DNA of 64,000 nucleotides from an uncultured Gammaproteobacteria bacterium (GTDB taxonomy: Bacteria > Pseudomonadota > Gammaproteobacteria > JACCXJ01). Below, piece after piece: positions 48,778-58,114 of the stretch. Location: positions 32,001-96,000 of the forward strand of contig CAVXTM010000011.1 of assembly GCA_963764725.1 (NCBI GenBank), written 5' to 3'. A program made the translations under genes and the position numbers. Numbering within the stretch: the stretch's first letter is position 1; every line of letters begins with the position of its first letter. Below the pieces are notes generated by a model, which was not told the origin of the DNA, ran no database searches, and saw only the letters and a list, made by a program, of their open reading frames with translations.

Positions 48778-49692
48778 TCATTGTGCCAAGAGATCCGACA
48801 AGGCTGTCGGCCTGGGCGCGGCAATCTGAGCCTCCGCTACCGGCCGGGCCTCCGATTCAGGCTTAGCGCTCGGCTCGAGAGCCGCGTCAACGGCGGCCAG
48901 TGTCTCGGGCGAGGCGCGTTTAGCCGCTTCCGCCAGGAAGACTTCCGCAGCGAGCAGGTAATAGCCCTCGCGCGGCCAGCGCTCGCCGATGCCGGGCGGT
49001 GCCGCGAACGTCTTGGCCTTTTTCAAATAGTCGCTGTAAGCCTCGCGAAAGCCTTGGCGCAGCGCGCGGAGGATCTGCATGAGCTCCTCGAGCGTCACCT
49101 CCGATGCCGGATACATCCAGGTCGTCGCGCCCATCACCTCATTGAGCCGCCAGTCGTTCTTGGGGCTCTGCGGGTGCTCGTTGTGACACTTGATGCACGC
49201 CTCGACCACAGCGGTATCGGAAAACATGGCGGTATGCATCCGAGTGCTGGGGTCGAAGAAGAATTCCGGCTCGCGCGTCGCCCTGATCCGCTGAAACTTT
49301 TCCATCTGCAGGCCGGCGAAGCGGTTCGCCTCCCGAATCGGAAAGTCGGAGCCCAGGAATAGGCTGAGCTGAACCGGACGTTTTTCCAAGCTCTTGGCGG
49401 TTTCGCGTAAAAACAGGGCGGGCAGCGGACCGGCCTCGACGCTCGCCTCCCGCCAGTCTTCGTCGAACTTGAGCCCGACCTTCTTGCCCGCGGCGACGAT
49501 CTCCTGCGTCCACAGCGCGCGGACGACGTCGTTCTCCGCCTCGACGATCGCAAACACGCGCTCGACAGGAACGATCGCACCGGCGGCCTTGGCTTCAAGG
49601 AGGGGCGGCGGTGCGCTCACGAAGAGATAGCTGATGAGCGCGATGAGGACCAGTACGTATACCATAAAGGATCGGTTAGCGGCGCTTGGCAT
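48778..49692 (-). CDS. Membrane-anchored monoheme c protein (Tll0287/DUF3365-like)
   Basis: AAGGAG RBS; N-terminal TM; AGPLPALFLRE, GSDFPI..AN, CIKCH, VMGA. Confidence 0.8.
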   Translation of the reverse strand: MPSAANRSFMVYVLVLIALISYLFVSAPPPLLEAKAAGAIVPVERVFAIVEAENDVVRALWTQEIVAAGKKVGLKFDEDWREASVEAGPLPALFLRETAKSLEKRPVQLSLFLGSDFPIREANRFAGLQMEKFQRIRATREPEFFFDPSTRMHTAMFSDTAVVEACIKCHNEHPQSPKNDWRLNEVMGATTWMYPASEVTLEELMQILRALRQGFREAYSDYLKKAKTFAAPPGIGERWPREGYYLLAAEVFLAEAAKRASPETLAAVDAALEPSAKPESEARPVAEAQIAAPRPTALSDLLAQ

Positions 49693-50377
49693 GATCGCTC
49701 TCCTTCTTCGACGGGTGATGAAGCGTTTTGGGATACGGGGACAGGCCACCGTTGAAATAGGCGCGTAGCTGCGCTTGCGGCCAGACCTCCTCGATCCGTG
49801 TCTTGGTTTTCATCAGGTGATTGCCGTGGAAATCGTGGCAGCCTAGGCAGGTGTCCCAGCGATCCTCGGCGATCAAGCGTTCGTGCGGGATATCGATCGG
49901 ATCGCGTTTGAGCGTCGTCTCCTTGTGGCAGGTGCTACAGTAGCCGGTATCGGTCAAGGTCACGCGCTGGCCCCGGTGCTCCAGGTGACAGGAAACGCAT
50001 AGCTGCGGCTCGATCTGCTCGCGGGCCTTGGCGAAGCGCGGCTCCAGGAATCGATACACCGGATGCCGATCGTTCGGGCGCTCATGGCAGCCGAGGCACA
50101 CCGCATTGCTCACATCCTGGTGGCCGAAGTCGACCGGCGTTTCGCGCCAGCCCAGCCAATACCTCACCGTCGCCTGGAGCTGCTGACGCGTCGTGCCCGG
50201 TGCCGGAACGTGGCAGGACTCGCACCGGAAACTCTCATGTCCGGTATTCATCGGGCCGAGGGCGTGGAGCTGCTCCTGGCTCGGCCATAAGAACACGGCG
50301 AGACAGACTAGGCCCACGGCGATGCCGGTGGCATAACCCAGGTTTTGGCGGCGACGAGTTGGATCTATGAGTTTCAT
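49676..50377 (-). CDS. Membrane-anchored pentaheme cytochrome c
   Basis: N-terminal TM; CESCH, CLGCH, CVSCH, CSTCH, CLGCH. Confidence 0.92.
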   Translation of the reverse strand: MKLIDPTRRRQNLGYATGIAVGLVCLAVFLWPSQEQLHALGPMNTGHESFRCESCHVPAPGTTRQQLQATVRYWLGWRETPVDFGHQDVSNAVCLGCHERPNDRHPVYRFLEPRFAKAREQIEPQLCVSCHLEHRGQRVTLTDTGYCSTCHKETTLKRDPIDIPHERLIAEDRWDTCLGCHDFHGNHLMKTKTRIEEVWPQAQLRAYFNGGLSPYPKTLHHPSKKESDHAKRR

Positions 50378-50454
50378 GATTCGCTGTGCAGCCGCGATCT
50401 GTCGTTCTCTGCGCTCGTTGTCGTCGGATCGTGTTCACGAAGTGGGTGTCGTTT

Positions 50455-50664
50455 TTATAAAGAGTACCTGGCGACCAACTCGCGACCCGTTCGGGTGATA
50501 AACCCATCGGCGCAGATGAGACCGAGCTCCTGGCAGGCGAGGAAGAGCATCCCGGGCATACCCTTGGGCAAATACACGGTTCCATCGCCGTAGCGGAAGG
50601 CGAGAACCCGGACCAGCTCCCTCTCGCCTGGGCTTGACATCTGATGATTCGGGTAAGTGTTCAT
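50455..50664 (-). CDS. Small hypothetical protein
   Basis: GGAGGGG RBS; ends ELGLICADGFITRTGRELV (winged-helix-like tail). Confidence 0.55.
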   Translation of the reverse strand: MNTYPNHQMSSPGERELVRVLAFRYGDGTVYLPKGMPGMLFLACQELGLICADGFITRTGRELVARYSL

Positions 50665-50773
50665 GGGGCTACCCCCTCCAAGTGACGGTCGCGATGCGGA
50701 TAGCGTGCTCATGTTCTTTTCCTATGCTTGATAAGGCGTGCCTCAAGGCATTCGCTGCGTGGGTATGTGCCGC

Positions 50774-51586
50774 CTAAGCTGCCTGCAAGGCAAAAGTAGG
50801 CCGGCTCGGGTTGATCCGAGGCAACTCGAGGTGGTGAATTTTTTGAAGCACGCCGTCCCATAGGTTGGTTCTCGAGTAGATTGCTTCGAGGGCGGCAGTG
50901 GCGGCTTTTTCCCAGTTCATGGCGTCGTGACCGGCCATCGCTTGTAACATGCGTCTCGCGGCCGGCCCATGTTCGTCCCCGTCAAGCGCAATGTGGCGTT
51001 CCAGGTAATATTGGAAGGTGGGTACGGGGGATCCGGTGCCCTCCCACAATTTCAGTAGGCGCGCAAACATGTCCGGGATCAGGTCTTCTCGACCGAAGAG
51101 GAAATCGGCCACGACCTCAACGGGATCGCCGTGCAAAGCGCGGTTAATCGTGCGTCCCACGAACCGGCGAACATGGGTCGGGATCGGCAATGCATCGAAC
51201 ACTCTGTCCAGCGACTGCCCCGATCTCACTAAGGCAATAAATTCTTGGAATAGAGACACATCGGCTCCCACCTCTTCCATCGCTCTCAGATATATCTCCA
51301 GATGGCTCAGGGGTCTGCCGTCAATTCCTTTATCGCTTTCCTCGGCCAGGATCACGTCATTGATAAAGCGTGCGAGCGAGGCATCGGCTACCGGCAGCCA
51401 AGGTAAGCGGACGCACGTCAGCTCCTGCTGGAGACGTTTTGCGAGGGACATGAAGTCCCACACTGCGAATACGTGATCTTCCATGAACCATCTAAGCCTC
51501 GGAATCGAATCGATGGCTCCATACAGAGGGTGGTCTAGAAGGGCTGTCCGGGCCTTGGAAATCTCGGGGAATTGTTGCTCTAACAT
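50774..51586 (-). CDS. DUF3050 protein (heme-oxygenase-like fold)
   Basis: GGAGG RBS; FMEDHVFAVWDFMSLAK, INDVILAEESD, SHLEIY..AM, FGREDLIP, YYLERHIALDGDEHGP. Confidence 0.9.
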   Translation of the reverse strand: MLEQQFPEISKARTALLDHPLYGAIDSIPRLRWFMEDHVFAVWDFMSLAKRLQQELTCVRLPWLPVADASLARFINDVILAEESDKGIDGRPLSHLEIYLRAMEEVGADVSLFQEFIALVRSGQSLDRVFDALPIPTHVRRFVGRTINRALHGDPVEVVADFLFGREDLIPDMFARLLKLWEGTGSPVPTFQYYLERHIALDGDEHGPAARRMLQAMAGHDAMNWEKAATAALEAIYSRTNLWDGVLQKIHHLELPRINPSRPTFALQAA

Positions 51587-51750
51587 GGTAATGACCTCCG
51601 GCATGATTGAGATGTTCTCTAGCTGTATGCTTCTAACGGATCTCTTACGCGCCCCATGGCTCCTGGCGCCTAGGCGACGTTCCCTGTCATTCCTTACACA
51701 CGTGCGCGGCGGCTTGTATGTGCCCAAAAGGGCAGAAAAAATTTTCGCTT

Positions 51751-51840
51751 AATGCCCATCGCATTGCGTTGATAACAAGTCCCTCTCGTCGCACACCAAG
51801 GAATTCGATCCCTTGAATCTATATTTCCCCGCCACCGGAA
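51751..51840. repeat. Direct repeat copy 2 (~90 bp)
   Basis: Matches 47908..48000. Confidence 0.9.
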
Positions 51841-52131
51841 TAGGATAGGTCGCAGGTTTCTTCTCCTTCGCTATTTACCAATCGTTACACTGCTCAGCAC
51901 GCTTCCATCATGAGAAGGCGAGAATCGCATTCCGCCTCTCCCCATTCGAAGCAATACGTCCCCTTGTTTTCGGTGGAACCGCGCCGGGGAGCGTGCCTTT
52001 TGGTCGCGACCAAGATACGACGAGAGCGCTAACAGATGACTAACAGATCAGCACGGCGATGGAAGGTGCGACGGTTTCTAACAAAACGCGGCTTTCGGGC
52101 GCAGGCGTCGTTGGGTTGTGCGCCTGCGGGT

Positions 52132-52560
52132 TCAGCAGGCGTTGCCTATCTCACGAAAGCACAGATCCAGTTCAAGCTGCTCGCCCTTGAGATTCGTAAG
52201 CTCGCACCTGAGGCGACCGGTGAGCAGCGTATACGAGTCGAGATCCAAGGTCCCCGAAAGTAATCGCACGTAAAGCTCTTGATTCGATCCTTCCTGGCGA
52301 ACCACGATGGCAGTCCCAATACCCGACACCCGCCCGGTCTCAGCGTCGATTGGGTCGAGCGAGCGGACCATCGCGGCGCCGAGCGCTACCTTTTTGGAGA
52401 TCGCGAGTTTGACCAACGTCGCGGGCGCCCAGAACACCAGCCGTCTCCCACCACCCGGGATCGCCATTTCTTCTGCGGTGGTCCAACCCAGATAATCCAC
52501 GCTGATGGGGCCGCGCAGTCAGAGCAGGTATTCACCCACTAGGAGCTCTTTGTCGATCAC
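52132..52560 (-). pseudogene. Hypothetical protein with an in-frame TGA near its N-terminus
   Basis: VIDKELLVGEYLL*LRGPISVDYLGW... is a single frame. Confidence 0.4.
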
Positions 52561-52710
52561 GGGTTATTTTCCAAGCCATCCAATCATTTCGATTCTGGCC
52601 ACTTTTTCCGCTTCGCGATCATTACTTTCCGAAGCGCTGCATTATCTCCTTTGTCCAATGCAGAGAAGTCACAGTGGAAGAATCTACCCTTGGCCGCCCA
52701 CCATGCAGGT

Positions 52711-53472
52711 TCAATTAGTAAATGGCTCGGGCAAGGCGTGCCCCTCGCGCGCCATGTAAAACACACCCACAGGAGCTTGTCCGTCGGGATTTTCGATCTT
52801 GCCGAAGCCCGGCGCTTGCCAAGGCATGAAAAGCATTACCTTACGGAAGGCCTGTTCGAAAACGGTGGCCCCTTGCGCAGGATCAGTGGGTGTCAGTTCC
52901 ACTCGGCATAGGGTCGTGCGGCATTCGATGTTGCCCGGCTGGATCTTTTTGAGCTCCTCTTTCATACCCTCTTTCTGAAAGACCTCTGTCCATGAGGTTT
53001 CTGCTCCCTGCGACCATTCGGGGTCTTCCTCCTCCGTTTCGATCGCCTGCTCAATGCTCGTCTCTTGCGCTTCTACCGCAGCCCACGCCTGTGTCTCTAA
53101 TTCGTCCGGAGACGCCTGCGCTTGGTCCGCTTCAGCTTGTGAGCCCTGAGCACGAACGGATTCACGCAACTCCTCCAGCTTGGCGGTCTGGCTACGCTTG
53201 AGCCGTGCCAGCTCGTTATTCAGTGCCGCAAACTTGTCCTCCAATTCGGTGAGCCGCGGGTCCTTGTCGTCAGGTTTCCGCAGCTCGTCGCCTGCATGCG
53301 GCAAATTAACTCTCGGTTCGGAAATAGCGGGACTTCCAGCGTAGGATCTTGCGGTCGTGTTCGGTGCACCGGGATCCTGCTTGGGCCGAAGCACCGCACC
53401 GGCTGCAAATAAGCTGATTAATAGAGCCATTCCGAAAACTGGTTTCGCGAAGTTTGTGATCGGTAATTTCAT
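52711..53472 (-). CDS. Membrane-anchored coiled-coil protein with a C-terminal ECRTTLCRVE domain
   Basis: N-terminal TM, heptad region, EEEDPEWSQGAE, IECRTTLCRVEL. Confidence 0.75.
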   Translation of the reverse strand: MKLPITNFAKPVFGMALLISLFAAGAVLRPKQDPGAPNTTARSYAGSPAISEPRVNLPHAGDELRKPDDKDPRLTELEDKFAALNNELARLKRSQTAKLEELRESVRAQGSQAEADQAQASPDELETQAWAAVEAQETSIEQAIETEEEDPEWSQGAETSWTEVFQKEGMKEELKKIQPGNIECRTTLCRVELTPTDPAQGATVFEQAFRKVMLFMPWQAPGFGKIENPDGQAPVGVFYMAREGHALPEPFTN

Positions 53473-53511
53473 GGTTATATTTCTCGTGTTGAAAGTTGTT
53501 GCTTAGAACGA

Positions 53512-53534
53512 GCGCGGGCTCTCGGAGCCCGCGC
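53512..53534. terminator. Intercistronic GC-rich hairpin
   Basis: GCGCGGGCTC-tcg-GAGCCCGCGC. Confidence 0.6.
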
Positions 53535-53567
53535 ATAGACAGGTCTATGACTAGGTGGTGCCTCTAG

Positions 53568-54086
53568 TCATTCCTCAATGAAGCTGTAGTCGTGGATCCC
53601 CGAAACAAGGCCGTTATAGGTTGGTGGGATATAGCAGGTATAGAAGTTGTGAGAAGTCGAGCCGACTGTGACGGACGGGTCAACACGATCATAATAGAGA
53701 GTCTGCACTCTGTTGGTCTCTCCACCCGTGTGTGAGTTACTAGCCACGAAATAAATAGTGCTATCTTGAGGACGGCGCACCAACTGAAACAGGGTACACC
53801 ATATCTCCGCGGACGGATGCCTATCCGTCGTTCGAATCCAGCCACTTGCGATGTTTGAATAGATGTCATTGACGACGTTGCAGTCCATGTAAAGCCATTG
53901 CGTCGGGGAATGATTCTCGACACTACCGTAGGTGCGAGTTATGTTGGCTCCCCCGTCCAATTTCACGCACATATTCCCAGGATAGACTGTATAGCTAGCT
54001 GCGAAAGCTTGCGGCGAACCAAGCGTCGCGGAGAGCCCTAAGGCACAGACAACTACGACACTAAGAACACTGTTGGAAGTTTTCAT
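53568..54086 (-). CDS. Secreted beta-rich protein with four mature-chain Cys
   Basis: GAGGGA RBS; signal ending PQAFA; YPGNMC, MDCNV, IWCTL, YTCYIP; ends YSFIEE. Confidence 0.8.
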   Translation of the reverse strand: MKTSNSVLSVVVVCALGLSATLGSPQAFAASYTVYPGNMCVKLDGGANITRTYGSVENHSPTQWLYMDCNVVNDIYSNIASGWIRTTDRHPSAEIWCTLFQLVRRPQDSTIYFVASNSHTGGETNRVQTLYYDRVDPSVTVGSTSHNFYTCYIPPTYNGLVSGIHDYSFIEE

Positions 54087-54621
54087 CGTATTTCCCTCAT
54101 TAAATAAGGTTGATTACTGATAACTGCATTGACGCCCCGTTTCGCGAGCGACGCGACTTCATGGAGCTAACCGGCGCGCTGCTTTTTGGCGCGTCCGAGT
54201 TAGCGCGAGATTAGCCCTTACACCCGCCAAGGATACGAAATGCACCTTCGCTTGTTCAGTGACTTTTCGCATAAACATTTTGTGACATATTCACAATATG
54301 TCCCGAAAGAACACGCCGAAGGTCTGGTGTTGAAATATCACTTTCTCAATATTTAGGAACGTCACCCTTTTTCCCGCGCGACCTCCAGTTCGATCCCGAT
54401 GTTGTCACAGGTCGTTTCTGCTCCTTGTGACCTTCTTTTCACGTACAACAAGGTCTCGTAGATGCGGCTCGCGAACGACCGATTATGCGAGGTCGAGAAA
54501 TTATCCGTAGAGGAGGGGAGGGGAGACGTGAGGGCGGGCCGGGAAACTTGTTTCCCGGCCCGGTCCGCATGGACAGAGCGCCGTGCGTTCTGTTGCGTAC
54601 GGCGGGCGGTCTCGGGGCTAG

Positions 54622-55381
54622 CTAAGCTCCGAGCGGCGGTGGCTCCACTGGCGGCACGCCGCATGCCGGCACCCACTGTCCGTCCTCGCCGAGGATGAAG
54701 TAGTCGCAGGGCTCATCCGGTGGTGGCAACGGTGGCGGCGGAATTACTGTACTGGACGACACGAGCGAGATGTTTGGCACACCGGCCTCGTATACGACGT
54801 TCAGCATCCCGAAGGCATCACGGTCTGTGTCGTGCAGGTAGCTGAACCGCGGCCACCCGGTTCCTGCGTTGTCTCAGAGGTCCTGGTTGGTTTGGACAAG
54901 GTCGGACAGGTGCCAGATGTAGGGAACCCCGTAGATCTTTCCCGTCCCCACGAGTTCGACCGACGCATTTTGGCAGATGTTATTGGTGATGAAGTCCGCG
55001 CTCGGTCGGCCACGCCAGCTCGATGTCACATTGCCTTCGATGAAATCCCTGCCAAGGCGAGTCGGTGGTTGTCCTGGAAATTGCAACGGTACCCCCGGAA
55101 ACTGCAAATGAACGGGGTACTGGTGTGCAAACGTCAGACTGTCCGCGAGATTATTGTTTTTGACGTAGAGAAGCTTGCCTTTCATCTGGGAATCGTTCTG
55201 CTGCACCGATTCTGCTGCGAATGCCGACGCGGGGGAAGTGAGCGCCACCGCAATCACAATGGCGATTGGCACGGTACACAGATTTCTCAGTGTGGTGAGG
55301 GCGATGGAATCTTGCTCGGCACTTTGAGCTCGGGTGCGCCAATGCGATGAGGTGCCTACAGGCAGGGGTAATCTTTTTCAT
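54622..55381 (-). pseudogene. Secreted protein with a Pro-rich tail, disrupted by a frameshift and an in-frame TGA
   Basis: TAAGGAG RBS before 55381; signal IAIVIAVALTSPASAFA; ...NQDL*DNAGTGW...MLNVVY is one frame. Confidence 0.6.
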
Positions 55382-55509
55382 GGCAATTACTCCTTAGAAA
55401 ATGGTTATCTACAGTGGTCTTAGAGGCCGACGATGGGAACACGGAGTCGGAACGCAACCCCCTCCAAGCAACCCCTTGCCCACGAATACGCACCGCGGTA
55501 AATTTCGGA

Positions 55510-55690
55510 TTCCGATCGCATTTCTGCCCGTTCCCTTTACGGCAACGGCTCCCACTGCGCCAGCAAGGGCTACACCGTCATCGAGATCCAAGGTGCCAAA
55601 CAAGACTGCCAAGCCTGCCCGCAGCACCAGCAATGCCTACGCACCCTGGACAAGACGCCAACCCGCCAGGCGGCGTTTTTTCTCGCGGGG
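55510..55690 (+). pseudogene. IS1182-family transposase fragment
   Basis: LYGNGSHC..CQACPQHQQCLRT.DKTPTRQ. Confidence 0.6.
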
Positions 55691-55881
55691 CCCACGGAGC
55701 GGAGTCACCCTGCGGCTCGCCGCGACCGTCACCTCATGATGAACCGTAACGTCCAGTAACGTGTTACAGTGTTACGCGATGACCTTGGATTTCTTGACCA
55801 GGTGAGAAACAACATGTCCAACCAGAGAATTGGATAACAGTTAGACAATGTCTATCTGCGTGTCCTATTAGGAGAACTTCA

Positions 55882-56013
55882 ATGGCCAAAGGCCAAAAAC
55901 GCAGTAATCGTGAAGCTAAGAAACCAAAGCAATCCAAAAAGGCTACCGTTCCAGCGTCGCCTTTTGACGTGACGAAAAAGCCTGCCGCTCCCATGCCCGG
56001 AAAAAAGAAATAG
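55882..56013 (+). CDS. Small Lys-rich protein (43 aa), not in ORF track
   Basis: TAGGAG RBS; MAKGQKRSNREAKKPKQSKK...PGKKK. Confidence 0.75.
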   Translation: MAKGQKRSNREAKKPKQSKKATVPASPFDVTKKPAAPMPGKKK

Positions 56014-56217
56014 CGGGCGCGAGGCCAAATTCAAGGATCGAGCGAGAGACTAGGTAATCGCTCCTTGTTGATGATGCGTTCGCCCCGCCCCCTGGACAGC
56101 GATTGCCAATATGGTAATCTCAAAATAACTGCCTGAATCGTAGGCAGTTTGGCTAGAGCTTATTTCCACGGTGGCCCTTGCTGGTGTATTGAGCTGTTCG
56201 GTGCGTCATCAAAGCAA

Positions 56218-56685
56218 ATGCTTAAGCGCAAGCTGAGTGCCTGTTTGTGCCTGCTGGTCTACCTCATGACGGGGGCGGGAAGCGGGCAGGCACCGGTCCT
56301 GTTCATGATCCTAGGTCACGGCCATACGACCTACGTCGATTACAGTGATGAGGGTATCCGATTAACCCTGCACCACCCAGGGCACGCTGACGAGCACGAA
56401 CCGAAACCGTTCTTTCCCGGCCCGCATCAGCCCGATGTTCTGGACCAGGTGCTGGCGGCGCTCACGGGGCAGGATAACCAAGAAGATCACGTCATCCAGA
56501 CCCATCCACAGGAGCCGCAAGGCCTGGCAGCATTCAAAACGATCGAAATCCCCAAGGCCTTATCTTTACCGGTAACGACTCACCCATTTCCCATTGCGCT
56601 TACGTCCGTACCCACCCTGGCGCGGCCCCCGCCTGGGATCAACCCCACGCTTGCCTCCCGCCGCACCACCGTCCTTCTAATTTAG
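56218..56685 (+). CDS. His-rich exported protein heading a heavy-metal efflux operon (CzcI-like position)
   Basis: Hydrophobic N-terminus; GHGH, LHHPGHADEH, EDHV; ends TTVLLI. Confidence 0.65.
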   Translation: MLKRKLSACLCLLVYLMTGAGSGQAPVLFMILGHGHTTYVDYSDEGIRLTLHHPGHADEHEPKPFFPGPHQPDVLDQVLAALTGQDNQEDHVIQTHPQEPQGLAAFKTIEIPKALSLPVTTHPFPIALTSVPTLARPPPGINPTLASRRTTVLLI

Positions 56686-56779
56686 ATCCCTCTAGAAGAC
56701 CCGCACGCCTCGTATAGGGGCGTCTGCAATCGGTGGGTTATGGCCTGGCCTGACCCTTATCGACCTTCAGAGGCGATTT

Positions 56780-58114
56780 ATGTCTTCCAAAACTCTATCG
56801 ATCTTGTTGCTGGCGCAGCTCATGGGTGGCGCCTGCGCTTATGCGGATTCGGCGGCGCCCCACCCCCCGCTTGAATCACCGGAAGTCTTGCCTTCCGGTC
56901 CTGCTATCAGGGAGCCCGCCGGGGACCTCACACTACGCCAGGCGCTCTCGCTTGCGCTCCTTCGGAACCCCGAGCTCAAGGCCTTTGCCTTCGAAGTCCG
57001 CGCCCGGGAGGCGGCGGTGCTCCAGGCCGGCCTGCTTCCAAACCCTCATCTTGGCGTGGTAGCGGAGAACTTCGGCAATGACGCTATTCAGGGGTTTGAT
57101 AGCACGGCGATTACCATTCAGCTCAGCCAGTTGATCGAGCTCGGTGGAAAGCGTGCAGCCCGAACGGAGGCCACGCAGTTGGCGCGTGATCTCGCTGGCT
57201 GGGACTACGAGAAGGAGCGGATCAAGGTGTTGACGGAAACCCAGAGGGCCTATGTCGAGGTCCTAAGCACACAGGGGCGGGCCGCACTGAGCAAACAAGT
57301 GGTGGATCTCGCGGAAGAGGTCGCCGCCGCCGCGGCCAAACGGGTGATGGCCGGTAAGGTCTCTCCGGTAGAAGAGACCAAGGCCGGGGTCGCGACTGCC
57401 TCGGTGCGAATCGAGCTCACGCGTGCCGAGCGGGAGCTGGAGGCCGCCCGTGCGCGCCTAGCGGCGAGCTGGGGCAGTACTGCCCCGCGCTTCAAGCGCG
57501 CCAGAGGGGTGATCGAGGCCGTCTTCCCTATTCCCTCCCTGGAACAGCTCATGGAGCGGCTCCACCAGAACCCGGAGCTCGCACGCTGGGCCACGGAGAT
57601 CGCGGAGCGCCAGGCCGTAATCGGCTTAGAAGAGACCCGGGCCATTCCGGACCTCACGGCCAGCTTTGGGGTCCGGCGTTTCGAGGAGCCCGGGGACGAC
57701 GCCCTGGTGGCCGGGATCTCCCTGCCCCTGCCGCTGTTCAACCGCAACCAGGGCGCCATCCTGGAGGCGCAGCGCCGGCTCACCAAGGCCGAAGAAGAAC
57801 GCCGCGCGGCGAAAGTGCGGGTGGCTACGGCCTTGAGCAACGCCTACCAGACCTTGGCCGGCGCGCATGCCGAGATCATTGCCTTGAAGGCTCAGGTCCT
57901 GCCCGGCGCCCAGAGCGCCTTCGAGGCCGCAAGCAAAGGTTACCGGTTGGGTAAGTTCGGCCTGCTCGATGTCCTGGACGCGCAGCGGACCCTGTTCGGG
58001 GCCAAGGCGCAATACCTGCGCGCGTTGAGCGACTACCACCAGTCAATTGCCCAGGTGGAGGGCTTGATCGGCGAACGATTTGAGGCGGTCCAAACCCAGA
58101 AGGAATCACGATGA
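56780..58114 (+). CDS. czcC: TolC-family outer membrane factor
   Basis: QAGLLPNP, ELGGKRAAR, LPLFNRNQG, LDVLDAQRTL. Confidence 0.85.
   Translation: MSSKTLSILLLAQLMGGACAYADSAAPHPPLESPEVLPSGPAIREPAGDLTLRQALSLALLRNPELKAFAFEVRAREAAVLQAGLLPNPHLGVVAENFGNDAIQGFDSTAITIQLSQLIELGGKRAARTEATQLARDLAGWDYEKERIKVLTETQRAYVEVLSTQGRAALSKQVVDLAEEVAAAAAKRVMAGKVSPVEETKAGVATASVRIELTRAERELEAARARLAASWGSTAPRFKRARGVIEAVFPIPSLEQLMERLHQNPELARWATEIAERQAVIGLEETRAIPDLTASFGVRRFEEPGDDALVAGISLPLPLFNRNQGAILEAQRRLTKAEEERRAAKVRVATALSNAYQTLAGAHAEIIALKAQVLPGAQSAFEAASKGYRLGKFGLLDVLDAQRTLFGAKAQYLRALSDYHQSIAQVEGLIGERFEAVQTQKESR

Noticed and set aside
54874-54876. In-frame TGA as selenocysteine
   Set aside because: No redox-motif context or clear SECIS; a TGG>TGA nonsense change is simpler
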